Source: Candidatus Eiseniibacteriota bacterium (GTDB lineage: Bacteria; Joyebacterota; Joyebacteria; Joyebacterales; Joyebacteraceae). From it: a DNA stretch of 60,677 nucleotides. Below the pieces are notes generated by a model that searched no databases, was not told where the DNA came from, and saw only the letters and a list, made by a program, of their open reading frames with translations. The position numbers and the translations under genes are program-made. The stretch spans positions 1 to 60,677 of the forward strand of contig JBDRFG010000034.1 in assembly GCA_043819135.1 (NCBI GenBank), in the 5' to 3' direction. Below are positions 39,266 to 48,585 of this stretch, in pieces; within the stretch, counting starts at the first letter, position 1; each line of letters opens with the position of its first letter.

Positions 39266-40165
39266 ATGGCCCGCAGGTCCCTTGCGGCGGTTCTCCTGAT
39301 CGCCCTGCTCGTGCTCCCTGCTGTGGGAGCACAGAAGACCGTCCTCTACGAGCACTTCACTGCCAGCTGGTGAAGCAGCTGCCCTCAGGCATAAGTTGAT
39401 GTCTTCAATTTCCAGGATCGCTACACCCGCGACGAACTCGTTCTGGTTCAGCACGATTTCGGTGACACGTACTGGGCCGGCAGGACCGGGCACTACGGCA
39501 TCACCGCAATGCCGACGGTCTGTGGCGACGGCATGTCGGACGTGTGGCCGCTCTCGGAGCTGGAGGCCGACTACGAGGCGCACAAGCTGGTCTACTCACC
39601 TCTGACCATCACGCTTACAGAGAACGGCGAGGGCGACTTCACGGCTCACGTCGAGGCGGAGGCCGCCGTCACCGGCGCGAGGTTCTGCATGGTCGCCGTC
39701 CACGACGACAACGTGGCGGCCTACGGCGGAGCCACTTCGCACCTCCTCTATCACGTCGTGCACATGATGACGGCGACCGCGGGGGATGCGTTCAGTCTCG
39801 CGGCAGGCGCCAGCACCGACATCAACCACACCTTCACCGTCGATCCGTCGTGGAACTACGACAAGATGGGAGTCGCGTGCTGGGTGCAGGCGCCCGGAGG
39901 CACGAACACGAGTCCGAATCCGTTCCGGGGCGCGTCGCAGTTAAGCTTCCTGGCGCCACGTGCCGGTCGCGTGACGCTCACTGTGTACGACATCGCCGGA
40001 CACAAGGTGGCCGAGATCCTGAACGGTCCCGTATCCGGCGGCGAGCATCACGAGTCGTGGGACGGCACGAGCGGCGGCGTGTCGTGCGCTTCGGGCATCT
40101 ACTTCGCCAGTCTCGTTTTCGAGGGCGAAGAGCGGGCGCGGCAGAAGCTCGTGAAGCTGAGGTAG
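39266..40165 (+). pseudogene. Omp28/thioredoxin-like secreted selenoprotein (W-U-S-S-C-P) with FlgD tail, interrupted by TAA at 39392
   Basis: GGAGG then ATG 39266, signal peptide, VLYEHFTASW-TGA(39371)-SSCPQA-TAA, same frame as ORF 39509-40165 (G.TAMPTV..DG; SPNPF...SGIYF...KLVKLR). Confidence 0.75.
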
Positions 40166-40282
40166 GCGCATCTCAGGGCGAGGGCACGCACGGCCGCGTT
40201 CACGCCGTCGGACACGACGAACGGGAGGAACGCTTGTTCCTCCCGTCCGCCGCGGGTCCCGATCTGGTGGAGTACGGTCCGG

Positions 40283-40702
40283 CTACGTCCCTTCCTGCAC
40301 CAGCCCGACCTGGAAACACCTGGACTCCGCCGTGGCCACTTCCGTTCCGTCGGATCGCACGGCTCTCGCCTCCACCTTGAACACCTTCCCACGCTTCTCG
40401 ACCAGGCTGGCGGTGACGTCGATCCTCTCGCCGACGTGCACCGGCTCCCTGAACCGGACCGACAGCTCCGCGGTCAGGGCCAGGTAGCCGAGCCTGTTGA
40501 GGAGCGTCACCATTGTCTCGTCCAGCACGGTACTCACCAGCCCGCCGTGCACGACGTTCTGGTAGCCCTGGAACTTTCCTGGGAAGGCCACTGACGTGCG
40601 CACGTCATCACCGGCGGACTCGAACTCCAGATGGAGTCCGTCCGGATTGCCCTTGCCGCACGCGAAGCACATGTGATCGTCTTCAAATCGAGATGGTGTC
40701 AT
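40283..40702 (-). CDS. PaaI/hotdog-fold thioesterase
   Basis: CFACG..NP.GL, QGY..VVHGG..ST.LDE. Confidence 0.9.
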   Translation of the reverse strand: MTPSRFEDDHMCFACGKGNPDGLHLEFESAGDDVRTSVAFPGKFQGYQNVVHGGLVSTVLDETMVTLLNRLGYLALTAELSVRFREPVHVGERIDVTASLVEKRGKVFKVEARAVRSDGTEVATAESRCFQVGLVQEGT

Positions 40703-40717
40703 GGCAGCTCCGAATGC

Positions 40718-40999
40718 TCACTGACCGGTCAACGTCTCAGGATCCTCTACAGGTGTCGCCGGATTCTGGATGATCGATCGCGCTTCCTTCAGGCGGTCCG
40801 CCGGCACCATCACCTTGACCGCGCCCAGACCGTCGACGGTGACAGCGAAGAGCTGCTGCGCGGCCTCCATCTTGAGTTCGGCGGGGATGCCCGCCGCTTC
40901 CAGCGCCGACCTGATGGCCTGGGCCTCCATCTCACCGTTGGCCGTGTAGACGACCTCGAACCTTGGGCCCCGCTCCGGGGGAGAGGGTTCGTGTTCCAT
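40718..40999 (-). CDS. DUF2007-family small protein
   Basis: VYTA.GEMEA..IRS.LEA.GIP...G.V.V.V......AR.II. Confidence 0.75.
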   Translation of the reverse strand: MEHEPSPPERGPRFEVVYTANGEMEAQAIRSALEAAGIPAELKMEAAQQLFAVTVDGLGAVKVMVPADRLKEARSIIQNPATPVEDPETLTGQ

Positions 41000-41208
41000 G
41001 GGGACTCCTGACCTGGATGGGACGTCTGTTCTGCCACGCCGCGAACGCCCGCGCGCGGGTGCTGCCGGCTGCCGCGAGTTCGGGTCCGGATGTTCCCAGT
41101 ATAGGAGAGCGCCGAGCGGTCCGCGAGGGAAACCGGGGCACGGCTCTAAAGAGAACGGGCGGGAACTACTCTCCCGCCCGTGTTGCATCGCTCTGTCGCC
41201 CCCGGGGG

Positions 41209-42075
41209 CTACCGGTAGTACAGGGACTTGATGCGGCCCCAGGACGTGTCCTCGACCGGCGTTGTACCCACGAACCAGTCGTAGATCTTCCCGATTATCC
41301 TGTCGAACACCTCTGGAGAGGCGCCCGCAAGCTCGATCCCGGACCAGACGGTCCTGAAGGTGACCGTCTCGTTGTAGATGACCACGCCGTCCTGCGCAGC
41401 CTCATCGAGATAGAAGCCGCAGCGAGCCGTCGCGGTCGGGTCCGCGCAGTCGGGGAAGAACGGGTTGCCGATGAACACATTGGCCGAGTCGAGAGTCGCG
41501 CTCTCACCCTCGAAGATACTCTCGGAGGAGCCTGTGATGTTGGCCGTGTTCGGTCCCCAGAGCACGTCCTGATAGCATTGGTCCAACCCGAGGTAGTCGC
41601 GCGGGAATCCACTGCACACACCCATCGTCGGATGCGCGCCGTACATGTAGTCCTGCCCCACAATAAGCAGGTTCCCTCCCGAATCGAGGTAGCTCGCAAG
41701 AACCGCCTCATCTGCCGGGTCAATGTTCTGCGGAGCCGACCACCAGTTCTCGCCGGTCAGGACGACGACGATCGGGTAGTTGTTGCCAGTGAGTTCCGGC
41801 GGGAAGTTGATCGACCCACCCGAAACCTCGACCGCGCACGTCGCGATCGGAGTCGCCCCCGCGGTAGCGAACGCGGAGTAGTAGAGCGGGGTCGGGTCGG
41901 AGAAACCCGGATTGGCGTCGGTGTCGAGGCAGATAAGCACCTCGGCTTCGACCAGCTGGATCTCGTTGAACTGAAACTCCTGCTGAGCAGTGTCGGGCTT
42001 GCCCAGTCTGGAATCAGTCGCGAACGCCGGAACCGCCAGTGCCGCGACGAACACGATCATTAGCACTCTCGTCAT
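41209..42075 (-). CDS. Secreted hypothetical protein with C-terminal SWGRIKSLYYR tail
   Basis: GGAGG RBS, signal peptide, L..YLDSGGNLL..GQD motif, TPVEDTSWGRIKSLYYR. Confidence 0.75.
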   Translation of the reverse strand: MTRVLMIVFVAALAVPAFATDSRLGKPDTAQQEFQFNEIQLVEAEVLICLDTDANPGFSDPTPLYYSAFATAGATPIATCAVEVSGGSINFPPELTGNNYPIVVVLTGENWWSAPQNIDPADEAVLASYLDSGGNLLIVGQDYMYGAHPTMGVCSGFPRDYLGLDQCYQDVLWGPNTANITGSSESIFEGESATLDSANVFIGNPFFPDCADPTATARCGFYLDEAAQDGVVIYNETVTFRTVWSGIELAGASPEVFDRIIGKIYDWFVGTTPVEDTSWGRIKSLYYR

Positions 42076-42358
42076 TACATACCTCCGGCTTCGGGACAAA
42101 CAGGCACACGCGCTGCTCCCGCTGTCGACGCCCGCGCCACCCGCGAGCACACCCAATGACGCTAGTATACCATAGCTCCCCGAGGCAGTCAAGCAGCCGA
42201 CCTGTGTCACCCCCCCCTGTGTCACCCAGCGCGGCTGGCCGCCTCGACAGGAGGTCGACCGCGTGATAGCATCTCGGTGCTTGCCGCACACCCGGTGTAC
42301 AGGTTGTGGCCGACGATTCGCGGGGAAAGCCGATTTGACCTCCCTCTGCTCAGCACGG

Positions 42359-45040
42359 ATGCGAATCCCGTGTGCCCTTGTCCTCACGCTGTTCGGGGCG
42401 ACGTTCGCCGCGTACGCGCTCACGGCGACCCGGTCCTTCTACTGGGGCGACTCCGCCGAATTCGTCGCCGCGGCCACGACTCTCGGCATCGCGCACCCTC
42501 CCGGGTATCCTCTCTACACGCTGCTGGGAGCTCTGGCGGTTCGTCTGCCGTTCGGAACTCCGTTCCTGCGAATGTCGCTTCTCTCGGCGCTCTTTGCCTC
42601 GGGGGCAGCGGCGGTGGCCGCGCTCATCGTGTGGGTGACGACGGGCCCATCGCTTCAGACGATGGGGAGGAGGGCTCTCCCGCGGGCGGCCGGCGCCCTC
42701 TTCGCGGGCGCAACCCTTGCGTCTGGGACTACATACTGGTCACAGGCCGTGGTGCCCGAGGTCCACTCGCTGTCGGCCTTCCTTGCGCTGTCGGCCCTGT
42801 TGTTGTTCGCCATCTGGAGCCGGACCCGCGGCAGTAACGAAACGAGACCGCCGTCCGACGCCGGTGATCCGCCGCGGTTCCTGCTCCGGGATGGTCCGGT
42901 CGTCCTGATGGGGCTCGTTCTGGGGCTGGCGCTGGCGCATCATCTTACGGTCGCGTTCCTTGCTCTGCCGCTCGCGATAGCCCTGTTCAATTTCGGGAGG
43001 AGACCGTCGTTCCGGGCGGCGCTCTCGGCCGCCGGGCTTCTCGCTCTTGGCCTGTCCCTCTACGCCTACCTGCCCATGCGCGCGGCGCACGATCCGGCGG
43101 TCCTCTGGACCCCCATCGGAACGTGGCGGGAGCTTCTCGACCACATCACGGGGGTGCAGTACGCGCCGCTCCTGTTCGGAGCGCCACTCGTGGAGGTCTC
43201 GCACAAGATGACGGTCTTCGCGTCGGGCATCCCCCGGGAAGTCACGTGGGTCGCGCTGGCTCTTGCGGTTCCCGGATTTGTGGCGTTCTTCCGGACGACG
43301 CGCGTCGTCGCCATCGTTCTTGTCTGCTGGAGCCTCCTTGTTCTCGGGCACGCGGCCGTCTATCGGATTCCCGACATCGCCAGCTACTACGTCCCGGTGT
43401 ATGCGGCGCTGGCGATCGCCGGTGGCCTCGGTCTGTGCGCCGTGGCATCGGCGCCCTGGTGGAAGCGCGCGGCTCCGCCCATAGCGTGGCTCGCGCTCGC
43501 GGCCGCCGTGGCGATACCGGTGATGCAGGCCAGGAACGGCTGGTCGGCGAACGACCGGAGCGTGAGAGACGACGGAAAGGTCTACCTGGAGCGCATGCTC
43601 GACTCCATCGCGCCCGGCGGCGTAGTGCTGACGATGACCGACCGCGTCCTGTTCCCGCTGTCTTACGCGCGCTACGTCGACCGGACCCGCGAGGACTTCT
43701 CGATAATCTGCATTCGGGAGTACGCGCCGCACCTCGAACAGTGGTGTCCAGGAGTTCGCTTCCCGGCGGAGGACCAGCTCTGTTCCAGCTTCGAGAGCTG
43801 GTCGGCACCCCCGACCGAGGCCGCGCGCGAGTCGATCCCCGTCGGGAACTATCTCCCACTGCTTGTCTCCATGAACGTGGCTGAACGGCGTTTCTACGCC
43901 GACGCCGACCTGGGGCGGAGGGTGTTCCCGGATCGGACTCTGCCGCGCGGTCTTCTTGTCGAGATAGTCGCAAGCCCCGTCGACTCGATCCCTGCCGAGG
44001 AGTGGGCCGAGCACGATGCCTTCTGGGACCTTGTCCTGCGAGAGGTGGGGTCCGAGCCGTCTCCTGACGAGCGAACCGCCGAGGCATACGCGAAGACGCT
44101 CGCGGAGCAGGGGATGCTGATGATCGACAGAGGGGACATCGACTCCGCCGTCGATGCACTCGAAAGGGCGTGCGCCCTGGCGCCGGGCCTGCCGCTCTGC
44201 CACAGCAATCTCGGGGTCGCGTACGACAAGAGCGGGAGACGCGAGGACGGCGTCGCGGAGTTCGAGACCGCCATCGCCCTCAACCCCGGGCTTGCGGAGC
44301 CGCATCACAACATCGCGGTTGCCGCTCGGCGGAGCGGCGACGTGGCTCGAGCGAAGAGGGAACTCGAGGCGGCGATCGCGCTGCAGCCGCGGAGCCCCTC
44401 CTTCAGGATGGAACTCGGCGGACTCCTGGAAGAGCAGTCCGAGTTCGAAGGTGCGGAGCTGATGTTCAGGAGCGCCGCGGCCCTCTCCTCAGATGAATGG
44501 GGCGCGAGCCTCGCCTACGGTGACTTCCTCAGGCGCAGGAGACGGTACTCGGAGGCCGTGGCGGCGTACCAACGCGCGGAGGAACTCAGGCCGAATTCTT
44601 CCGGCGCGCTCCGCGGGTTGGGTCGCTGCTACTGGGCTTTCGAAGACAGAGAGCGGACTCTCGAAGTGATGCGACGGCTCGTGGAGCTGCAACCGCACAA
44701 CCCGTCCGTCAGGTTCGATCTCGCCGCGATGCTGCATCGTTCGGGACGGGGTCGCGAAGCGGCGCTTCTGCTCGATGATGTGATCCGCATCCTCCCGAGC
44801 ATGTGGGAGGCGAGGGCGCTCAAGGCAAGCATACTGGCTGAGCTGGGGCGATACTGGGAGGCGCGCAACCTCTTCGAGGAGGCCGCGGATCTCGGTGCCT
44901 CGGGCGACGGCTTCTGGGAGAGATGGGTGGCGATGGAAGCGGACCTGGGTGAAGATGGACGCGAGGGGGCGGTTCGAGAGCGTGCGGCCTCGTCGAGCGA
45001 CACGCGAGGTGACGCCGGGTCACGCGCTGTTGCAGAGTGA
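42359..45040 (+). CDS. DUF2723 (TMEM260-like GT-C) membrane protein with C-terminal TPRs
   Basis: WGDSAEF...LGIAHPPGYPLY, WSQAV..EV, LAHH, Y.YLP.RA; many TM helices; TPR region. Confidence 0.85.
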   Translation: MRIPCALVLTLFGATFAAYALTATRSFYWGDSAEFVAAATTLGIAHPPGYPLYTLLGALAVRLPFGTPFLRMSLLSALFASGAAAVAALIVWVTTGPSLQTMGRRALPRAAGALFAGATLASGTTYWSQAVVPEVHSLSAFLALSALLLFAIWSRTRGSNETRPPSDAGDPPRFLLRDGPVVLMGLVLGLALAHHLTVAFLALPLAIALFNFGRRPSFRAALSAAGLLALGLSLYAYLPMRAAHDPAVLWTPIGTWRELLDHITGVQYAPLLFGAPLVEVSHKMTVFASGIPREVTWVALALAVPGFVAFFRTTRVVAIVLVCWSLLVLGHAAVYRIPDIASYYVPVYAALAIAGGLGLCAVASAPWWKRAAPPIAWLALAAAVAIPVMQARNGWSANDRSVRDDGKVYLERMLDSIAPGGVVLTMTDRVLFPLSYARYVDRTREDFSIICIREYAPHLEQWCPGVRFPAEDQLCSSFESWSAPPTEAARESIPVGNYLPLLVSMNVAERRFYADADLGRRVFPDRTLPRGLLVEIVASPVDSIPAEEWAEHDAFWDLVLREVGSEPSPDERTAEAYAKTLAEQGMLMIDRGDIDSAVDALERACALAPGLPLCHSNLGVAYDKSGRREDGVAEFETAIALNPGLAEPHHNIAVAARRSGDVARAKRELEAAIALQPRSPSFRMELGGLLEEQSEFEGAELMFRSAAALSSDEWGASLAYGDFLRRRRRYSEAVAAYQRAEELRPNSSGALRGLGRCYWAFEDRERTLEVMRRLVELQPHNPSVRFDLAAMLHRSGRGREAALLLDDVIRILPSMWEARALKASILAELGRYWEARNLFEEAADLGASGDGFWERWVAMEADLGEDGREGAVRERAASSSDTRGDAGSRAVAE

Positions 45041-45147
45041 CTGGTTCTCCTGTAGTATGGAACGTGGTCCTTGCATACGTGATGTGCAGGGGGCGCCGAC
45101 GGCCGGCTCAGGAAGCATCACAAAGCGGCGAAACGGAAGAGCGGGGC

Positions 45148-47751
45148 ATGAATACCGACGGGCACGCTGGCCGTGATGCGCCGGCCGGCACGCAGCGACA
45201 GGTCCGCTTCACGAGCAGGGAGATCGCTCTCCTTGGTCTGATGGCGGCGCTGTGGGGTGTGATAGAGATCACCGTCGGCGGGATGATCAAGACGTGGCAC
45301 ATTCCGTTCGGCGGCTCGTTCCTCTCGACTTTCGGTGTCGTCATATTGCTCACGGCGCGTGGCAGCGTGCCGCGCAGGTGGTCGTCGATACTGATCGGGG
45401 TTGTCGCCGCCGGGGTGCGTCTCGCCTCCGGGTTCGGCGGCGCCGTGTTCGCGGCGATCGGCATAGTCGCCGAGGCGCTCATCGTGGAGCTCGTGCTCAG
45501 CCTCTGGCCGAGTTCGCGGCTGCGGGCTCGTCTGCTTGCCGGTACTCTGGCCGTGATGTGGGCGCTGGTCCATCCGTTCGTCGTGCAGGGATACATGGCG
45601 GGCCTGGGGCCGGCGAAGGTCTATTCGGTTACCATCGGGCTGATCGCCGGGCAGGAGTCTCTCGGTTCCGGACAGGCCCGGTTGGTATTTCTTTCGTTGA
45701 TGCTGGTTCACGCGATTCTGGGGGTTTGCGCCGTGCTCTTCGTTGACAGGATCATCCTGGCTCCATCCGCGCGCGCGGACGGTTCCGCTGGGAAGGGGGA
45801 CCGAGGTGGCAGCGCAGGCGGGTCGTCCAACGGAGTCGGAAGAACCGGACTCCTGGTCGTGCTCGCGCTCGCGCTGTTGCTGACGGCAGGCGTCCCGGAC
45901 GCTGTCGCGCAGCAGTCGGAGTCGTCGCGTGTGGCCGCCGGCGTCGGCCCCGCGGGAACCTACTGGTTGCTTCCGGAGTTCACCGTCGTCGGCTCGAGAC
46001 TCTTCGGGCCCTACACGGTGTTCGAGCTGGAGTCGGAGGATGTCCAGGACACGGGCTCCGACAACCTGTCCGACGCTCTCAGCCTGGTGCCGGGAATGAT
46101 CGTGCGGACGAACTCACGCGGCGAGGCCAAGCTTTCGACCCGCGGGCTTGCTGAGCGCGAGATCGTCGTTCTGGTGGACGGAGTACCCATCTCGGACCCC
46201 TACAACGGCTCCGTCAACACCGGCATGATCCTGAGCGGCGCCATAGGCAAGGTCAGCGTGACCAAGGGCCCGGTGGCGAGCGTCTACGGGGCGAACGCGC
46301 TCGGGGGAGTCATCGAGGTGACGACCGCGGGGAGCAGTCGAACGGGTCTCAGCTACCTTCTGTCCACGGGCAGCGACGGCCAGTACTCCGGCTTCGTATC
46401 CGGCGGAGGCAGCCTCGGCGCCGTCCACCTCACCGGCGGGCTGGCCGCCAACGGGGGGAACGGTTTCGGGCTTCCCGAGTCGTACGGCGCTGAGCGATGG
46501 GAAGACGGCGGACGGCGGGACTACTCAGGTCGTGAGGACATTTTCGCCTGGGGTCGTGCCTCGTGGAAGTTGAGCCGCACCGCGGACGCCTCCATCTCGA
46601 TGCAGGTTGCCGACGGAAGGCGCGACGTCCCAGCTTCGACGAGCGCCGATCGCCCGCGGTTCTGGAGTTTCCCTTACTGGCGGGAGACCCGCACCATCGG
46701 GTCGGTGGGATGGCAGCCGAGCGACGCGCTTCACGTCGAGGGCAAGTTCTTCTACGGCACCAACGATAATCAGCTGGCCGCCTATTCCGACTTCGAGCGT
46801 ACCGACCGACGGTGGCTGTCGAGCGTGTCGAACCGCGTCTACGGCGGATACGTATACACCGAACTCGACGCGTTCTCGGGTCAGCGTCTCTCGGGGGGAC
46901 TGAACGTCAAGCGCGATGTCGCCTCCCTGCAGTCCGATATCGGAGAGGAGTGGCGTGACCACGAGGCCATCACCATGTCACTCTTCGGACAAGACGTGGT
47001 GACGCTGGGCCGTGATGACCTCGTGGCCGTCGCCATCAACGCCGACGCCATGGCAGGAGAGGAGATCTCGCTCGTCAGGGTCAATCCGCAGGCCTCCTGG
47101 AGCAGGCGACTGCCGGCCGACCTCACGCTCCGCCTGCTCGGCGGAATGAAGACGCGTTTCCCGACGCTCAAGGAGTGGTTCAGTCCCGATATCGGCAACC
47201 CTGATCTCAGGCCCGAGATGAGCACCTCGATCGAAGCCGAGATCATCAAGCGAACGTCGCGTGGTTCCAGGATTTCGCTCCTCGCGTACGAGCAATGGGT
47301 CGACGACATGATCGTGTCGTCGGGCGGTGGAGATCCCTGCCGGAACGTCGGGTCCGTGACATCGTGGGGAACGGAGCTGGGCGTGCGGCACAATCTCTCG
47401 AGTGAGCTGGACGTCAACCTGAGCTTTGCGATGACGTCCGCCCGCGACACCGAAACGGGCGCCAGCGTGCCTCTTGTGCCGAAGACCATGGTGGCGGCAC
47501 TGGCCACATACACGCGCGGTCCGGCGACCTGCCTGGCGCGGGTCACCCGCGTGGGGTCTCGGCCCGTGTCGAGCGGCGACGGGTTACCGCCATACGTCCT
47601 GATGGATCTGAGAGGCATCTTCGAGACCGCCTGGGGTGACTTCTTCGTGGGTGCCGAGAACGTTCTAGACGTCCTGTACGAGGACGAAGGTGGGTTCCCG
47701 CAGTCCGGGCGAAGGTTCGAGTTCGGCGTCATGAGGGAACTCCAGCGTTAG
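45148..47751 (+). CDS. Fusion of ECF-S-component-like membrane domain, internal signal peptide and TonB-dependent receptor
   Basis: About 6 TM helices (ALWGVIE..G...IPF.G); plug VLVDGVP, V.KGP.AS.YGANALGGVI; barrel GNPDL.PE, ENVLD..YE...GFP..GR; alternative GTG start at 45037. Confidence 0.8.
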   Translation: MNTDGHAGRDAPAGTQRQVRFTSREIALLGLMAALWGVIEITVGGMIKTWHIPFGGSFLSTFGVVILLTARGSVPRRWSSILIGVVAAGVRLASGFGGAVFAAIGIVAEALIVELVLSLWPSSRLRARLLAGTLAVMWALVHPFVVQGYMAGLGPAKVYSVTIGLIAGQESLGSGQARLVFLSLMLVHAILGVCAVLFVDRIILAPSARADGSAGKGDRGGSAGGSSNGVGRTGLLVVLALALLLTAGVPDAVAQQSESSRVAAGVGPAGTYWLLPEFTVVGSRLFGPYTVFELESEDVQDTGSDNLSDALSLVPGMIVRTNSRGEAKLSTRGLAEREIVVLVDGVPISDPYNGSVNTGMILSGAIGKVSVTKGPVASVYGANALGGVIEVTTAGSSRTGLSYLLSTGSDGQYSGFVSGGGSLGAVHLTGGLAANGGNGFGLPESYGAERWEDGGRRDYSGREDIFAWGRASWKLSRTADASISMQVADGRRDVPASTSADRPRFWSFPYWRETRTIGSVGWQPSDALHVEGKFFYGTNDNQLAAYSDFERTDRRWLSSVSNRVYGGYVYTELDAFSGQRLSGGLNVKRDVASLQSDIGEEWRDHEAITMSLFGQDVVTLGRDDLVAVAINADAMAGEEISLVRVNPQASWSRRLPADLTLRLLGGMKTRFPTLKEWFSPDIGNPDLRPEMSTSIEAEIIKRTSRGSRISLLAYEQWVDDMIVSSGGGDPCRNVGSVTSWGTELGVRHNLSSELDVNLSFAMTSARDTETGASVPLVPKTMVAALATYTRGPATCLARVTRVGSRPVSSGDGLPPYVLMDLRGIFETAWGDFFVGAENVLDVLYEDEGGFPQSGRRFEFGVMRELQR

Positions 47752-47946
47752 CGAACCACCCCGCGACGCCCGCGGGCCGCATTCGGAGGACAGACTCGGG
47801 CAACCGAGGACGCGCGCCGGCATCCTAGTACATGGGTGTGTGTCACACCGGTGTGTTTGGTGCGTTTGTGCCCGGTTCGGCCCGCTTCGTGGAAGGGTTC
47901 GGCAGCCGGGAGAGCTTCCTGCTCACAGCATCGAGGGCGAGACATC

Positions 47947-48537
47947 ATGATCGAGGGAATGCATCCTTCCGGTCGCCGCCTGGCGCGGATGGCGATCGCA
48001 GCTGTTCTTCTGGCGGCAGTTCCTCTGGCGAGTCACGCCGCGGAAGCGCTCAGGCGTGAGGCAGAGGATTACCCGACGTACGGATCGTACGACATCGGCG
48101 GCTACGACATCACGGAGTCCTACTGCAGCTACGCGAGCCAGGGTCTCGCCGTCGATGGTCTGGACATTCCGGACGAGTGGTTCAAGCTCAAGGTGACCTT
48201 TCCGAGCGCCGGCTGCTACACCTCGTGGATCGACTACCAGAGCGCGTACGGTGACACGGTCGAGTTAGCGGTCAGGCTGCTGGATTACCCGACGCCCGGG
48301 GACGAGCTCAGGGCCGACTACGTGCTGATCGACGGCTTCGGCTTCGGCTGAGGCCCTCTGCTCAGCGCTGCCGGGAGCAGCGAGTTTTGCGTGGAGGCTG
48401 GAACCTACTTCCTGCTGGTGCAGCACGTCTCCGGTGGGATGGGTCGCGTCGACTTCGTCGAGTTCGAACCGACCACGCCGGTGGAAGCGATCACCTGGGG
48501 TCGCATTAAAAGCATGTATAACCAGCCCGCTCCTTAG
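47947..48537 (+). CDS. Candidate secreted selenoprotein (CBM6/35-like beta-sandwich, in-frame UGA at 48349) with TWGRIKSMY tail
   Basis: Signal peptide, EAEDY; DGFGFG-TGA-GPLLSAAGSSEFCVEAGTYFLLVQHVSGGMGRVDFVEFEPTTPVEAITWGRIKSMYNQPAP-TAG; SECIS-like hairpin. Confidence 0.75.
48366..48382 (+). promoter_or_regulatory. Candidate bacterial SECIS element
   Basis: cgctgc-CGGGA-gcagcg; G-containing loop about 20 nt after the UGA. Confidence 0.6.
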
Positions 48538-48585
48538 TGCGCGGGCACGGCCGGACGCACCCCCGACAACCCCATAGGAGGGAGC

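Noticed and set aside
39371..48351. Global TGA reassignment (genetic code 4 or 25) to explain the in-frame TGAs
   Set aside because: Many intact genes end naturally at TGA (cspA excepted, e.g. hflK, amidohydrolase, OM barrel) and Trp is encoded by TGG; site-specific Sec fits better.
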